From: Nitrospira sp.
GTDB taxonomy: Bacteria; Nitrospirota; Nitrospiria; Nitrospirales; Nitrospiraceae
Direction: 5' to 3'
Assembly: GCA_039794465.1 (NCBI GenBank)
Contig: JAYWIP010000231.1
Coordinates: 1-63,967, forward strand
Length of the DNA: 63,967 bases
This document shows positions 50,495 through 60,141 of the stretch, piece by piece (position 1 is the first letter of the stretch; the number at the start of each line of letters is the position of its first letter). The notes beneath the pieces are model-generated. The model saw only the letters and a list, made by a program, of their open reading frames with translations. It did not search any database and was not told the DNA's origin. The position numbers were made by a program, and so were the translations under genes.

Positions 50495-53350
50495 ATGGCC
50501 TCGGATCTGATTTCCCACCTCATCATCGAAGGCGCGCGGCAGAATAATCTCAAGAACATCTCGCTCCAGATTCCCCACAATCAAGTCACGGCCATTACCG
50601 GTGTCTCCGGATCGGGGAAATCCTCCTTGGCGTTCGACACCCTGTTTGCTGAAGGCCAGTGGCGCTACGTCGAATCGCTCTCAACCTACGCCCGCATGTT
50701 TCTCGATAAAGTGGCCCGCCCCGACGTGGACCGCATCCTGAATGTACGCCCGGCCATCGCGATCGAACAGAAGAATCAGGTGCGCACCGCCCGTTCGACC
50801 GTCGGCACCACCACGGAAATTGCCGATCTCTTGCGGCTGCTCTTTGCCAAGATCGGCAAGCCGACCTGTCCGGATTGCCGTCAGGAAGCCCGCTCGTTTC
50901 ATCCGGATGCGGTCACGGAGGACCTGCTCCGGCGATTCCCTGAGACGAGAGCGATGGTGTTGTTTCCGATCACTCCGCCATCGGCAAAGACGGAAGCATC
51001 GTTCATCCAATCGCTGCTCACCCGTGGATTTACAAGGCTGAAAGTAGGCGGCGACATTGTTTCGCTCCAAGAGATCACCCCCTCATCGCTCCACAAGCAC
51101 CAGGCTCTCCACGTGGTACTCGACCGCCTCATCGTCAGGGAAACCGACCGGTCACGGCTGGCTGAGGCCGTAGAAACCGCGTTGCGTGAAGGCGAGGGGC
51201 GTTGTGCCATCGAGATCATCGGTCACGGCCTTCAGTCCTACAGCACCAGTTTTCTGTGTCAGAGCTGCGGCCGGACGTTCGAGCCGCTCCGGCCTATCCT
51301 CTTTTCATTCAACCACCCGCTTGGCGCCTGCCCCGAATGCAAGGGATTCGGCAATGTCCTGCGTTACGATCCGGAGTTGGTGATTCCGGACCACAATAAG
51401 TCACTGGCCCAAGGCGCCGTCGAGCCCTGGAGCAAGCCCAGCGCCGATTGGTGGCAGAAACAGATGTTGCTCGCCATGAAACGCAAAGGCGTCGACCTCA
51501 CCGCGCCGTACCGGCTGCTCCCGAAAGACACACAGCAACTGCTCTGGACCGGAGACAAGTCGTTCGACGGAATCAACGAGTTCTTCGAGTACTTGGAAGG
51601 CAAGCGGTACAAGCTGCACGTGCGCGTGCTGCTCAGCCGCTACCGCACACCCTTCGATTGTCCCGGTTGCCGAGGCAGCCGCCTGAGGCCGGACGCCCGG
51701 TTCGTGAAAATTGCCGGCCGTGACATTCATGACATCTCAGAACTCACCATCGAACAGGTGGCCGCGTGGATGGAGTCGTTACCCCTTCGCCCCACGGACC
51801 AGGACATTGCCAAGGACATCCTGCGGCAACTGAGGGCAAAACTCGGCTTTCTCCTGCGCGTCGGCCTCGGCTACCTGACACTCGCCCGGCAAACGAAAAC
51901 ACTGTCGGGCGGTGAAGCGCAGCGTGTATCGCTCGCCAACCAGCTCGGCGCCCGGCTGGTCGGCACGCTCTATGTGCTCGACGAGCCCACGATCGGGCTG
52001 CATGCGCGGGACACAAACTTGCTCGCCGGTATTCTCAAAGACCTGGCGGCAGCCGGCAATACCGTCGTAGTCGTCGAGCATGACCGGCATATGATCGAGT
52101 CGGCCAGTTATGTGGTTGAAATGGGGCCGCGATCGGGAGAACAGGGCGGACACATCGTCTGCGCCGCCCCCTTCGAGACCTTCATGCGCAATCCTCAGGC
52201 CACAACCGCCCGCTATCTTCGCGGAGAAGATTCCATTCCGCTGCCGAAATCTCGGCGCCCCGGATCAGGACAATTCCTCGTCGTCGCCGGCGCGGCGGAA
52301 CACAATCTCAAAGACCTCCTCGTGCGTATCCCGCTCGGCATGTTCGTTTGCGTGACCGGCGTCTCAGGTTCCGGCAAGAGCACGTTGGTGGAAGATACCC
52401 TGTACCGCGCACTCGCCCGTGCCTTTCGCATCGAGTCGCTCCCCATGGGCCGCTTCACAGCTATCAAGGGCATCGAACATCTCAAGGGCGTTCGGCTCAT
52501 CGACCAGCAACCGATCGGCCGCACCCCACGCTCCAATCCCATCACCTATCTGAAAGCCTTCGACGAAATCCGCCAGTTGTTTGCCGGTGAACGGGAGGCC
52601 ATCCGCCAAGGGCTGACGGCAGGCCACTTCTCCTTCAACACTCCCGGCGGACGGTGCAACCGGTGCGAAGGGGCCGGCGTCGAAAAGTTGGAGATGTATT
52701 TTTTCGAAGACATCTACGCTCCCTGCGAACTGTGCGAGGGGAAACGGTTCACGCCGAAGGTCCTCGGCATTCGTTATCGGAACAAGACGATTTCAGACGT
52801 CCTCGCCATGACGATCGATGAGGCCCTGTCGTTTTTCACCGGCACGCCGAAGCTCCAAGAACGGTTGCACTTGCTGTCGTCGATCGGCCTGGGTTACCTG
52901 CGCCTCGGCCAGTCAGCGACAACTCTCTCAGGCGGAGAAGCCCAGCGGTTGAAAGTCGCGGCGGAGTTGAAAGACGGCGGGGGACTGTCCCGCCAAGGGA
53001 CTGTCCCCCTTCCCGGACGGATGAACGGGGACAGGCACCCCTCAACCAACTCGGGGAGCCAGCCCCCTGGTATGCTCTATATCATGGATGAGCCCACAAC
53101 GGGCCTGCACTTTGACGACATCAAGAAATTGCTGGACGTCCTCCACAAGCTCGTCAACGCCGGCAACACACTGGTCGTCGTCGAGCACAATCTGGATGTC
53201 ATCAAATCCGCAGACTGGATCATCGACCTCGGCCCCGAAGGCGGCGCAGCCGGGGGACACATCATGGCGGAAGGTCGTCCCGAACAGGTGGCGAAAGTGG
53301 CGGCGTCACATACCGGACGATTTCTGGAGCAGACTCTCAGCCCTCATTGA
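50495..53350 (+). CDS. uvrA: Excinuclease ABC subunit A (UvrA or paralog)
   Basis: GARQNNLK, two GVSGSGKS Walker A, zinc fingers, two LSGGEAQR, DEPTIGLH/DEPTTGLH, IIDLGPEGG. Confidence 0.95.
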   Translation: MASDLISHLIIEGARQNNLKNISLQIPHNQVTAITGVSGSGKSSLAFDTLFAEGQWRYVESLSTYARMFLDKVARPDVDRILNVRPAIAIEQKNQVRTARSTVGTTTEIADLLRLLFAKIGKPTCPDCRQEARSFHPDAVTEDLLRRFPETRAMVLFPITPPSAKTEASFIQSLLTRGFTRLKVGGDIVSLQEITPSSLHKHQALHVVLDRLIVRETDRSRLAEAVETALREGEGRCAIEIIGHGLQSYSTSFLCQSCGRTFEPLRPILFSFNHPLGACPECKGFGNVLRYDPELVIPDHNKSLAQGAVEPWSKPSADWWQKQMLLAMKRKGVDLTAPYRLLPKDTQQLLWTGDKSFDGINEFFEYLEGKRYKLHVRVLLSRYRTPFDCPGCRGSRLRPDARFVKIAGRDIHDISELTIEQVAAWMESLPLRPTDQDIAKDILRQLRAKLGFLLRVGLGYLTLARQTKTLSGGEAQRVSLANQLGARLVGTLYVLDEPTIGLHARDTNLLAGILKDLAAAGNTVVVVEHDRHMIESASYVVEMGPRSGEQGGHIVCAAPFETFMRNPQATTARYLRGEDSIPLPKSRRPGSGQFLVVAGAAEHNLKDLLVRIPLGMFVCVTGVSGSGKSTLVEDTLYRALARAFRIESLPMGRFTAIKGIEHLKGVRLIDQQPIGRTPRSNPITYLKAFDEIRQLFAGEREAIRQGLTAGHFSFNTPGGRCNRCEGAGVEKLEMYFFEDIYAPCELCEGKRFTPKVLGIRYRNKTISDVLAMTIDEALSFFTGTPKLQERLHLLSSIGLGYLRLGQSATTLSGGEAQRLKVAAELKDGGGLSRQGTVPLPGRMNGDRHPSTNSGSQPPGMLYIMDEPTTGLHFDDIKKLLDVLHKLVNAGNTLVVVEHNLDVIKSADWIIDLGPEGGAAGGHIMAEGRPEQVAKVAASHTGRFLEQTLSPH
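52979..53041. repeat. REP-like palindrome cluster inside uvrA
   Basis: gggactgtccc (52981-91), gggactgtcccc (52997-53008), ggggacaggcacccc (53027-41). Confidence 0.7.
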
Positions 53351-53460
53351 TTCTTCGGCCATCACACTGGCCCGCCATCCAGCTTCAGTCCGCGATTTCA
53401 ATCCAAATGGCCTAATGATTATACTAACCGCGACGCCAGCAGCCGCATGCGGCCTGCCGC

Positions 53461-54855
53461 TTACGCTTCGGGTTTGTTCGCTTTCGGCGCCGGCTGCTCG
53501 CCGATCAGCTTGTTATGCAGGAACTTCTTGCTGACCATCGTAATGGCAAAGGCGAGACCGATGGCAATGGGAACAAAGATCGCCGACGCAATATTCGCAT
53601 TGTTCAGCCATCCCACTTCCGATAGCCCCTTGAAGACATACCCTGCGAGGCCGGCGAGGTAGTAGGCGATCACGATGACCGACAGTCCTTCGACGGTATG
53701 CTGGAGGATGACCTGGCTCTTCGTCGTCTTGTCGACGCTTTGGAGGAGGGCGAGATTCTGCGCTTCCACAATCAAATCGACGCGCGTGCGGATGATGGCA
53801 ATGATCCCCTCAAATCCGTTCCGCAACGTATCGATCCGCTTCAATAATTGCTGATACCCCTCGGCTACGCCGGTAATGCCGCCCAACACATAGTCAGAGA
53901 TCGGCCGATAGGACTCCAGCGGCTTCTCCGTCAGCGACGCCAGCGTCGCATGGACGATCTTGTCGTACGGCGTTGACGAGGACAACTCGAAGTGCAGCTT
54001 GCCGGCCATGCGGTTCGTCTTCAGCAAATCTTGCGTCAGGCTGTTCATCCAGCGCTGCAGCGTCTGGGAGTCAGCGTGACCGATATGGCCCGTGATGATT
54101 TCACGTTGTTGCAGATGCACCTGCTCGAACTTGTAGACCTGATCAATCGCGGCGGAGAACAGCGGCTTCTGCATCAGCAGCAGATGATAGTAGGTCTCGA
54201 TCCGCACAATGGCATCGACGATGTCTTTCAGATGCGAAGAGTTGGACCGCGACGGCCCGGCCGTCACCCAGTAACGTTCCCTGCCCTGTCGATCCGGTGT
54301 AAAGCTGGTGATCACGGTCGTATGCTCATTGAGAATCCGGCTCCCGTAAAGCACAGGGCCCGGAAACAGCGCGCGCATTCCTTCCCGGGACGATGGCGCC
54401 TCTGCCGACAAGAGTATGTCCAATCGGCACACTTCCGTTCCCAGGGCCGAATTGGGAAATCGATAGGCCGGAAAGGTCAGGGGACCGAATGCAAGATCGC
54501 TATTTCCCGGCGGAGGGAGATGCCATACCTGGTAGTTATAATACTCGGTATGGGCCTGCCAGATGACGATAAGCCGGTCGCCGGTCGCTTCCTCCTTGAC
54601 GCCATAACCGAACGTTTCCCGCAACAACATGTTCTCTTGGGAAATCTGGAACATCCCCAGCAACGACTGGAACTCCTGCCGGCTCGCAGGTCGTTGTGCC
54701 GGCGGGTCAGCCATACGGAAGGCCTTGTAATGCACATGCGCCGGAGCCCTTAGCCAGTGGGTCAAAGGAATCTGCGGCTGCTCGTGCAATTTCCTCAACA
54801 ACTCGTCGGTTGACGGACGCCCCACTGGCGGCTGATTCACGTTCACTCCTTTCAC
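53461..54855 (-). CDS. DUF3422 family membrane protein
   Basis: WQAHTEYY, IETYYHLLL, IRTRVD, LQHTVEGLSVIVIAYY plus two C-terminal TMs. Confidence 0.8.
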   Translation of the reverse strand: MKGVNVNQPPVGRPSTDELLRKLHEQPQIPLTHWLRAPAHVHYKAFRMADPPAQRPASRQEFQSLLGMFQISQENMLLRETFGYGVKEEATGDRLIVIWQAHTEYYNYQVWHLPPPGNSDLAFGPLTFPAYRFPNSALGTEVCRLDILLSAEAPSSREGMRALFPGPVLYGSRILNEHTTVITSFTPDRQGRERYWVTAGPSRSNSSHLKDIVDAIVRIETYYHLLLMQKPLFSAAIDQVYKFEQVHLQQREIITGHIGHADSQTLQRWMNSLTQDLLKTNRMAGKLHFELSSSTPYDKIVHATLASLTEKPLESYRPISDYVLGGITGVAEGYQQLLKRIDTLRNGFEGIIAIIRTRVDLIVEAQNLALLQSVDKTTKSQVILQHTVEGLSVIVIAYYLAGLAGYVFKGLSEVGWLNNANIASAIFVPIAIGLAFAITMVSKKFLHNKLIGEQPAPKANKPEA

Positions 54856-56073
54856 CTATAATCCCGGCCGCTTTTCAGCCGTCACGTATACATCGAGGAC
54901 TTGGTCCGCCCGCCTCACGTCGAGTTGCAAGACCTTTCCCGCATCAACCCGGCACAGCCCCTTCGCCTCGCGTTCGGTCTTGATCCCTGACAGCGGCTCA
55001 CCGTTACATGCCACGACACGATCGCCGACCTTGAGCCCGGCCTTTTCAGCCGGCAGACCTCCCCGCAACTCCCTCACCAAATAGAATCGTCCCCCTTGCT
55101 CTTCCTGCAACTCCCAGTAAACACCGATCCGCCCGGACCCCAACAGTCCGGCCTGGGTGCCGAACTGGGTAAGTATCCGATGTACGATCAGGCGCGCGGA
55201 GCTTTCCGGATTGTCGTTCGTTGGATCGGTAAGATGTCCTTGCCCGCTGAACAGGAGCAGGCCGGTTTCCACATCGATCATCCGCAAGGCCAACGACACG
55301 CTGTTGGTGCGCTCCTGCTCATGCCGTTCCCATTGCTGCACCTCCCCGACAATGACGGCTTGTGCCCCGACCAACTTACCGATTTTCAGCGCATTCGCGT
55401 CGTCGGCATGGGTCAGCTGGATGACCTGCTCCCGCAACACGTCGTCCAGCTGAGCCCGTTCGACCATGTGCACATCGAGATCCAGCATGAGGGTGGTCAC
55501 GATGCCCGCCACTCGGGAGCCGGTTCCTTGCGCGCCGGCGGCATCGTCAAACAGCATCACCGCCATCGTCTGGTACCGGCCAATCGTGTCTCGATCAATC
55601 GGCCCTCTCCCCGAGACCACCGGCTCCGGTCTCGCCCACGACCCGCCTCCACCGGAAGGCGCGCCGACTGCGACGCACGCGCGCCGCCTCTGCGCGATAG
55701 CGGTCGGGACACCCCAGGCACAGAGCTCGTTGTCAATCAGCACGACATGCTGCGGCTGCTCGCGTTGATCGGACAGATAGTTCGTGATCGGATAGACGAG
55801 GCAACCGAGAACCCACATCGAGAGCGGACAATAGGCCAGCTCATACAACCACTGCTTCCTGGTTGTGAGGGAATACTCCCAAACCAGCACACGCCCATCG
55901 TCCTTGAGCACGCGGTCCGGATGCCCGATGTGATCGAGCACCTGCGCCTTGGTCATGGGGACGGCAAGCCGATCCAGCTTCGCCTCGGACTTGATCAGGG
56001 CAATGCCGACTCCGCAGCCTGACATCAGCGTCCACACCAGGAGTATGGTTGCAACGCTCAGGATCGATCGCAT
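54856..56073 (-). CDS. Lipoprotein with SmpA/BamE-like, CsgG/HfaB-like and PDZ domains
   Basis: Lipobox LMSGC; MTKAQVLDHIGHP...WEY; VERAQLDDVLREQ...IGKLVGAQAVIVG...RMIDVETG; PAEKAGLKVGDRVVACNG. Confidence 0.75.
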   Translation of the reverse strand: MRSILSVATILLVWTLMSGCGVGIALIKSEAKLDRLAVPMTKAQVLDHIGHPDRVLKDDGRVLVWEYSLTTRKQWLYELAYCPLSMWVLGCLVYPITNYLSDQREQPQHVVLIDNELCAWGVPTAIAQRRRACVAVGAPSGGGGSWARPEPVVSGRGPIDRDTIGRYQTMAVMLFDDAAGAQGTGSRVAGIVTTLMLDLDVHMVERAQLDDVLREQVIQLTHADDANALKIGKLVGAQAVIVGEVQQWERHEQERTNSVSLALRMIDVETGLLLFSGQGHLTDPTNDNPESSARLIVHRILTQFGTQAGLLGSGRIGVYWELQEEQGGRFYLVRELRGGLPAEKAGLKVGDRVVACNGEPLSGIKTEREAKGLCRVDAGKVLQLDVRRADQVLDVYVTAEKRPGL

Positions 56074-56156
56074 GCGCGCCCCATACCTCTCACCGTCGGC
56101 ATGTGAAGAGCGTAGCATTCCGGTGGGAACGGCTGCAATGGAGATCGTGCGGGAAA

Positions 56157-56717
56157 TCAATTGGAGGAGGGATCGAACGGCATATCTGCGTAAGGCCGAT
56201 AGGACTCATCCAGCGTGCGCAATAACTCACCCCAGACCAACTCGGGGTCTGTTTCAAACACCCACTTGGGATCAGCGGGTACCAGGATCCACGAACCGGT
56301 TTTCAGCTCGTTTTCCAATTGCCCTGGCCCCCACCCCGAATAGCCCAGATACGCGCGGAAGGATTCCTTGCTGCCGGTCTCGGTCAGAATCCGCTCCACC
56401 ATGCCTATATCGCCACCGAGACACACCCCGTCGAACACGGGATGTGCATTCTCTGGAAACTGGCTACCCCGATAGAGCAGCATGACCTGGTTCGTCTGCA
56501 CCGGACCGCCGGCATAGAGCACGTGGCCGGCCCCTTCGATGATCGGCACCTGCGGCAGCGCTTCGGAAATAGACATGGCCGTCGGACGGTTGACCACCAT
56601 ACCCAAGGCGCCTTCCGGCCCATGTTCGCACAGCAGCACCACCGTCTGACGGAAATTGGGGTCGCGCAGACTCGGGGCGGCGATCAGAAAGATACCTTTG
56701 CCGAGTTTCGGTTCCAT
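56157..56717 (-). CDS. yqgE: YqgE/AlgH family protein
   Basis: DPNFRQTVVLLCEH, GMVVNRP, GGPV, LGYSGWGPGQLENEL. Confidence 0.93.
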   Translation of the reverse strand: MEPKLGKGIFLIAAPSLRDPNFRQTVVLLCEHGPEGALGMVVNRPTAMSISEALPQVPIIEGAGHVLYAGGPVQTNQVMLLYRGSQFPENAHPVFDGVCLGGDIGMVERILTETGSKESFRAYLGYSGWGPGQLENELKTGSWILVPADPKWVFETDPELVWGELLRTLDESYRPYADMPFDPSSN

Positions 56718-56723
56718 GCAGAA

Positions 56724-56752
56724 ATCCTACCGCGCCTGTCTCCTGCACGCAA
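56724..56752 (-). promoter_or_regulatory. Promoter of yqgE
   Basis: Minus strand TTGCGT-17 bp-TAGGAT, 6 nt before ATG. Confidence 0.55.
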
Positions 56753-56780
56753 GTCTGAACCCTACTGGTTGTTTGTTCCT

Positions 56781-56857
56781 CGTGAAGCGTATCTCGTATC
56801 TGGCAGGCAAAAAGATCAACTCCTCCGTCTGTCCTGCTTCACGCTTCACGAGATACG
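56781..56857. repeat. Palindromic heptamer-unit element, copy 1
   Basis: cgtgaagcgtatctcg ... gcttcacgcttcacgagatacg. Confidence 0.8.
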
Positions 56858-56921
56858 ATCGACGAAGCGCGGAACAGCGGATCGGCGATTACGGGGCGAA
56901 GAAGCGTATAGGTCATGCAGG

Positions 56922-57713
56922 CTATGGCTTATAGAGCGCGGCACGGCGATCGCGCAACAGATCATTATACCGATTCAGACGTTTGTTGCGCGCTTCGGTG
57001 GGATCGATGTCGAGCACGGCAAGATCTTCGCCGTCGCGGGAAGCCCGATACCGGATGATGCCTTTGGGCGTTACGATCTCACTGTTCCCGATGTAGGTCA
57101 ACCGGTCCTTCCCTCCACGGGCCTCGCTGCCGATGCGATTACAGGTAATGGCAAACACTCGATTCTCCAGACATCGCACCGGCATGGAATCCGGACAGTT
57201 CGGCAGCACGAGATTGGACGGATGACAAATGATGTCGGCCCCCTGCAGGGCCAGGGATCGAGCCGATTCGGGGTAGTACCAATCGAAACAAATCATCACG
57301 CCGATCTTCGCCGCGCCGATATCCCATACTTGAAATCCGCTATCACCCGGCGTGAAAAACAGGGTCTCTTCATCAAACAGGTGTGTCTTGCGATAGCAGC
57401 CGAGAAACCCGGATGGTCCCACGATGACCGCAGAGTTGTAGCAGTGTGAACCGGATTGTTCCGGCAGACCGGCGACAATGTGCATCCGGCGTCGTTTGGC
57501 CACATCCATTAAGCGGCGAACCGTCTGGCCGTCAGGGACCGGCTCGGCCAGCCGCTGCGCCTCCTCCTGTGACACAAATTGATAGCCCGACGCGAAGAGC
57601 TCGGGCAGGACGATGAGATCGGCCTCCGTCTGCTCTAACTTCGCCGTCACCTGGTCGAGGTTCCTGGCCACTTCGCCAAACAGCGGATTGTATTGATAGA
57701 ACCCAACGCGCAC
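56922..57713 (-). CDS. Carbon-nitrogen hydrolase (nitrilase superfamily)
   Basis: Catalytic triad motifs LPEL, YRKTHLF, MICFDWYYPE; ENRVF, NRIG. Confidence 0.92.
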   Translation of the reverse strand: MRVGFYQYNPLFGEVARNLDQVTAKLEQTEADLIVLPELFASGYQFVSQEEAQRLAEPVPDGQTVRRLMDVAKRRRMHIVAGLPEQSGSHCYNSAVIVGPSGFLGCYRKTHLFDEETLFFTPGDSGFQVWDIGAAKIGVMICFDWYYPESARSLALQGADIICHPSNLVLPNCPDSMPVRCLENRVFAITCNRIGSEARGGKDRLTYIGNSEIVTPKGIIRYRASRDGEDLAVLDIDPTEARNKRLNRYNDLLRDRRAALYKP

Positions 57714-57737
57714 CGACGTCGCTTCCCCCTTATGCAA

Positions 57738-57767
57738 GAACGGGCAGGGAGTAGTCCCTGCCCGTTC
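57738..57767 (-). terminator. 13-bp stem hairpin downstream of smbP (probable terminator)
   Basis: gaacgggcaggga-gtag-tccctgcccgttc. Confidence 0.6.
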
Positions 57768-57817
57768 CACAATTCCCAGCCTTCAGCTCACAGCTGTCAG
57801 CGCTAACTTGCTCGCCT

Positions 57818-58165
57818 CTACTTCACTTCGGCCAAGTGCGTCGCGCCACCGTCCGCGTGATCCTTGCACGCATCGGCATGCCCGGCCTTGCCGTGCGAGA
57901 CGGCTTCTTTCAAATGCTTCACACCCTCGTCCAAATGGGGATTTTTCACACCGGCGGCCTGCGCGTGCTTGAGCGCTTCTTCCGCATGCTGAACGCAGGC
58001 ATCCGCATGCCCTTCCTTTCCGTGCGACGCGGCTCCTCGCGCATGCTCCACCGCTTCATCGAGATGTTTGTTGCCGGCGAGCGCCACACCGCTCAACATC
58101 GGCAAACCGGCGAGCGCCCCGACCGCAGCCAGAACCAACGCACCCTGACCGATCTTGATTCTCAT
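57818..58165 (-). CDS. smbP: Small metal-binding protein SmbP
   Basis: Signal peptide; heptad-spaced His helices HLDEAVEHA...HGKEGHA...HAEEALKHA; SD ggagg. Confidence 0.85.
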   Translation of the reverse strand: MRIKIGQGALVLAAVGALAGLPMLSGVALAGNKHLDEAVEHARGAASHGKEGHADACVQHAEEALKHAQAAGVKNPHLDEGVKHLKEAVSHGKAGHADACKDHADGGATHLAEVK

Positions 58166-58224
58166 CGCCGCCTCCTCCATGGTTAGAGCTCGATGCATCA
58201 ACGCATCGCATCGATCGTGCGTTC

Positions 58225-58253
58225 ACCTTACACAGCGTTCCCAACCCTGTCAA
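58225..58253 (-). promoter_or_regulatory. Promoter of smbP
   Basis: Minus strand TTGACA-17 bp-TAAGGT; the -35 overlaps the rhodanese stop codon. Confidence 0.55.
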
Positions 58254-59128
58254 GAAGGCCTGGCCGCCTGGTCGAACCCGAGCATTTTTTGCAGTCCGTG
58301 AAAATCTTTCTCCACCGGGCAGGCGAAATCCCGGCTCCACTCCCACCAGGACCCCGGATAATTTCTGACCGTCCGATACCCCGATAATTTGAGGATGAAA
58401 TACAACCACGCCGACCGCACTCCGCCGGTGCAATAACAGATCAGCTCCTGATTGCCCCGGATGCCTTTGTCCTCCAACATTTCCTTGATCACTTCCGTAT
58501 CCTTGATCGTCGCATCCTTGTTCAAGAATCCGTTCCAGGCCACGTGGATCGCCGACGGAATGTGCCCGGGTCTTGGAATACCGGGGACTTCTTTCCCCAT
58601 ATATTCTTCCAAACTCCGCGCATCCAAGATGGCGGTTTGGTCATGGGGCGATCGCACGATCTGCTTCAAGTCGTCCTTGGAGATCGCCAGGGCGTTGACC
58701 GGCTGCGCGTGGAAATTCCCGGGGGTCGGCGACACACGGCCGTGCTCGAACGGCCGCTTCTCCGCCGTCCACTTGACCCAGCCGCCGTCCAAAATCCGCA
58801 GATGCTGGTGGCCCAAATACTCCAGCATCCAGAACATTCGCCCTTCGTCGCCCCAGTTATCGAAGGGATTGGAGTAGATCACCACCTCACTCTCATTGCT
58901 GATGCCGAGCGTGCGCAGATGCCGTTCGATCCGGCCAAGGTCCGGATTCAGCAATCCTTTCGGCACGGCGGCGGGATCACTGTACTCATGCCATGTGGTA
59001 TGCACAGCGCCGGGAATATGGCCGCCGAATTCATAAGCCGCTCGACCACGCACGTCGATCACCACGAGGCCGGGCGTACCCAATCGGTCTTGCAATGTAT
59101 CCGTATCGATCAACAGCGGGTGGTTCAT
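58250..59128 (-). CDS. Tandem rhodanese sulfurtransferase (SseA-like)
   Basis: GHIPGA, ILDGGWVKW, ILDARS, GHIPSA, YCTGGVRS, YPGSWWEW. Confidence 0.9.
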   Translation of the reverse strand: MNHPLLIDTDTLQDRLGTPGLVVIDVRGRAAYEFGGHIPGAVHTTWHEYSDPAAVPKGLLNPDLGRIERHLRTLGISNESEVVIYSNPFDNWGDEGRMFWMLEYLGHQHLRILDGGWVKWTAEKRPFEHGRVSPTPGNFHAQPVNALAISKDDLKQIVRSPHDQTAILDARSLEEYMGKEVPGIPRPGHIPSAIHVAWNGFLNKDATIKDTEVIKEMLEDKGIRGNQELICYCTGGVRSAWLYFILKLSGYRTVRNYPGSWWEWSRDFACPVEKDFHGLQKMLGFDQAARPS

Positions 59129-59176
59129 AGCCTTTCCTTTTTTACCAGCGGCGGCGCTCTGGATCTCAAGCCGAAT

Positions 59177-60121
59177 TCATGCGTGCAAGAGAGCCTGGAT
59201 ATGGGCATCGACGGATGCAGCGAGCGCGGTCAGATTGTATCCCCCTTCAAGCGACGACAGGATGCGGCCCTTCGCATGGCGCTTGGCAATCCCGGCGACG
59301 ATGCCCGTCAGATCGGCATACCCTGCTTCCGTCAACCCCATGCTCGCCAAGGGATCGTCCTTGTGCGCATCGAATCCGGAAGAAATGATGACGAACTCCG
59401 GCTTGAACCCATCGGCCGCCGGCACGAGCGCTTTGAGGAAGACCGCCTGGTACGCCTCATCACCCTCTCCGGCTTCCATCGGCACATTGATCGTGAATCC
59501 CTCTCCGTCTCCCTTGCCTCGCTCGGTCACCCTACCGCTGCCAGGATAATGGGGGTACTGGTGGATGCTGAAAAACAACACGGACGGATCGTCCTCGAAG
59601 CTATGCTGGGTCCCATTGCCGTGATGCACATCCCAATCGACGATCAGCACTCTGGAGAGCCCATACTTCCTCTGCACATAGCGTGCGGCAATGGCCACAG
59701 TATTGAAGAGACAGAACCCCATGGCCCGACCCGCCTCGGCATGATGCCCCGGAGGCCTCACCGCGCAAAACACCTGATCGACCTGCCCGGCCATGATGGC
59801 ATCAACCCCGGCGAGTGCCCCGCCCGCCGCCAGGTAGGCGGCATTCAACGAACCGGGAGACATGGACGTGTCGGGATCGAGCGAGACACGGCCGCTCAGC
59901 GGCACATGCCGGTTCAGCGAGGCGACATAGCTTGGCGTGTGAACCTGGGTGATCCACTCCTCTTCGGCTTTTCGCGGCTCGATTCTGGTCACCTGCGCCA
60001 GCGTCCCGCTCTGTTCCAGCTGCTGCATGATCGCCCGCAGCCGGTTGGGAGACTCCGGATGCCCGGGTCCCATGTCATGTTCAAGATAGGCTGGATGATA
60101 GACGAGACCGGTTTTGCTCAT
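59177..60121 (-). CDS. Histone deacetylase family amidohydrolase
   Basis: HPESPNRL, RPPGHHA, GFCLFN, DWDVHHGNGTQ, GFDAHKDDPL, LEGGY. Confidence 0.95.
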   Translation of the reverse strand: MSKTGLVYHPAYLEHDMGPGHPESPNRLRAIMQQLEQSGTLAQVTRIEPRKAEEEWITQVHTPSYVASLNRHVPLSGRVSLDPDTSMSPGSLNAAYLAAGGALAGVDAIMAGQVDQVFCAVRPPGHHAEAGRAMGFCLFNTVAIAARYVQRKYGLSRVLIVDWDVHHGNGTQHSFEDDPSVLFFSIHQYPHYPGSGRVTERGKGDGEGFTINVPMEAGEGDEAYQAVFLKALVPAADGFKPEFVIISSGFDAHKDDPLASMGLTEAGYADLTGIVAGIAKRHAKGRILSSLEGGYNLTALAASVDAHIQALLHA

Positions 60122-60141
60122 AGTGCCAAGACACCGTGGTG

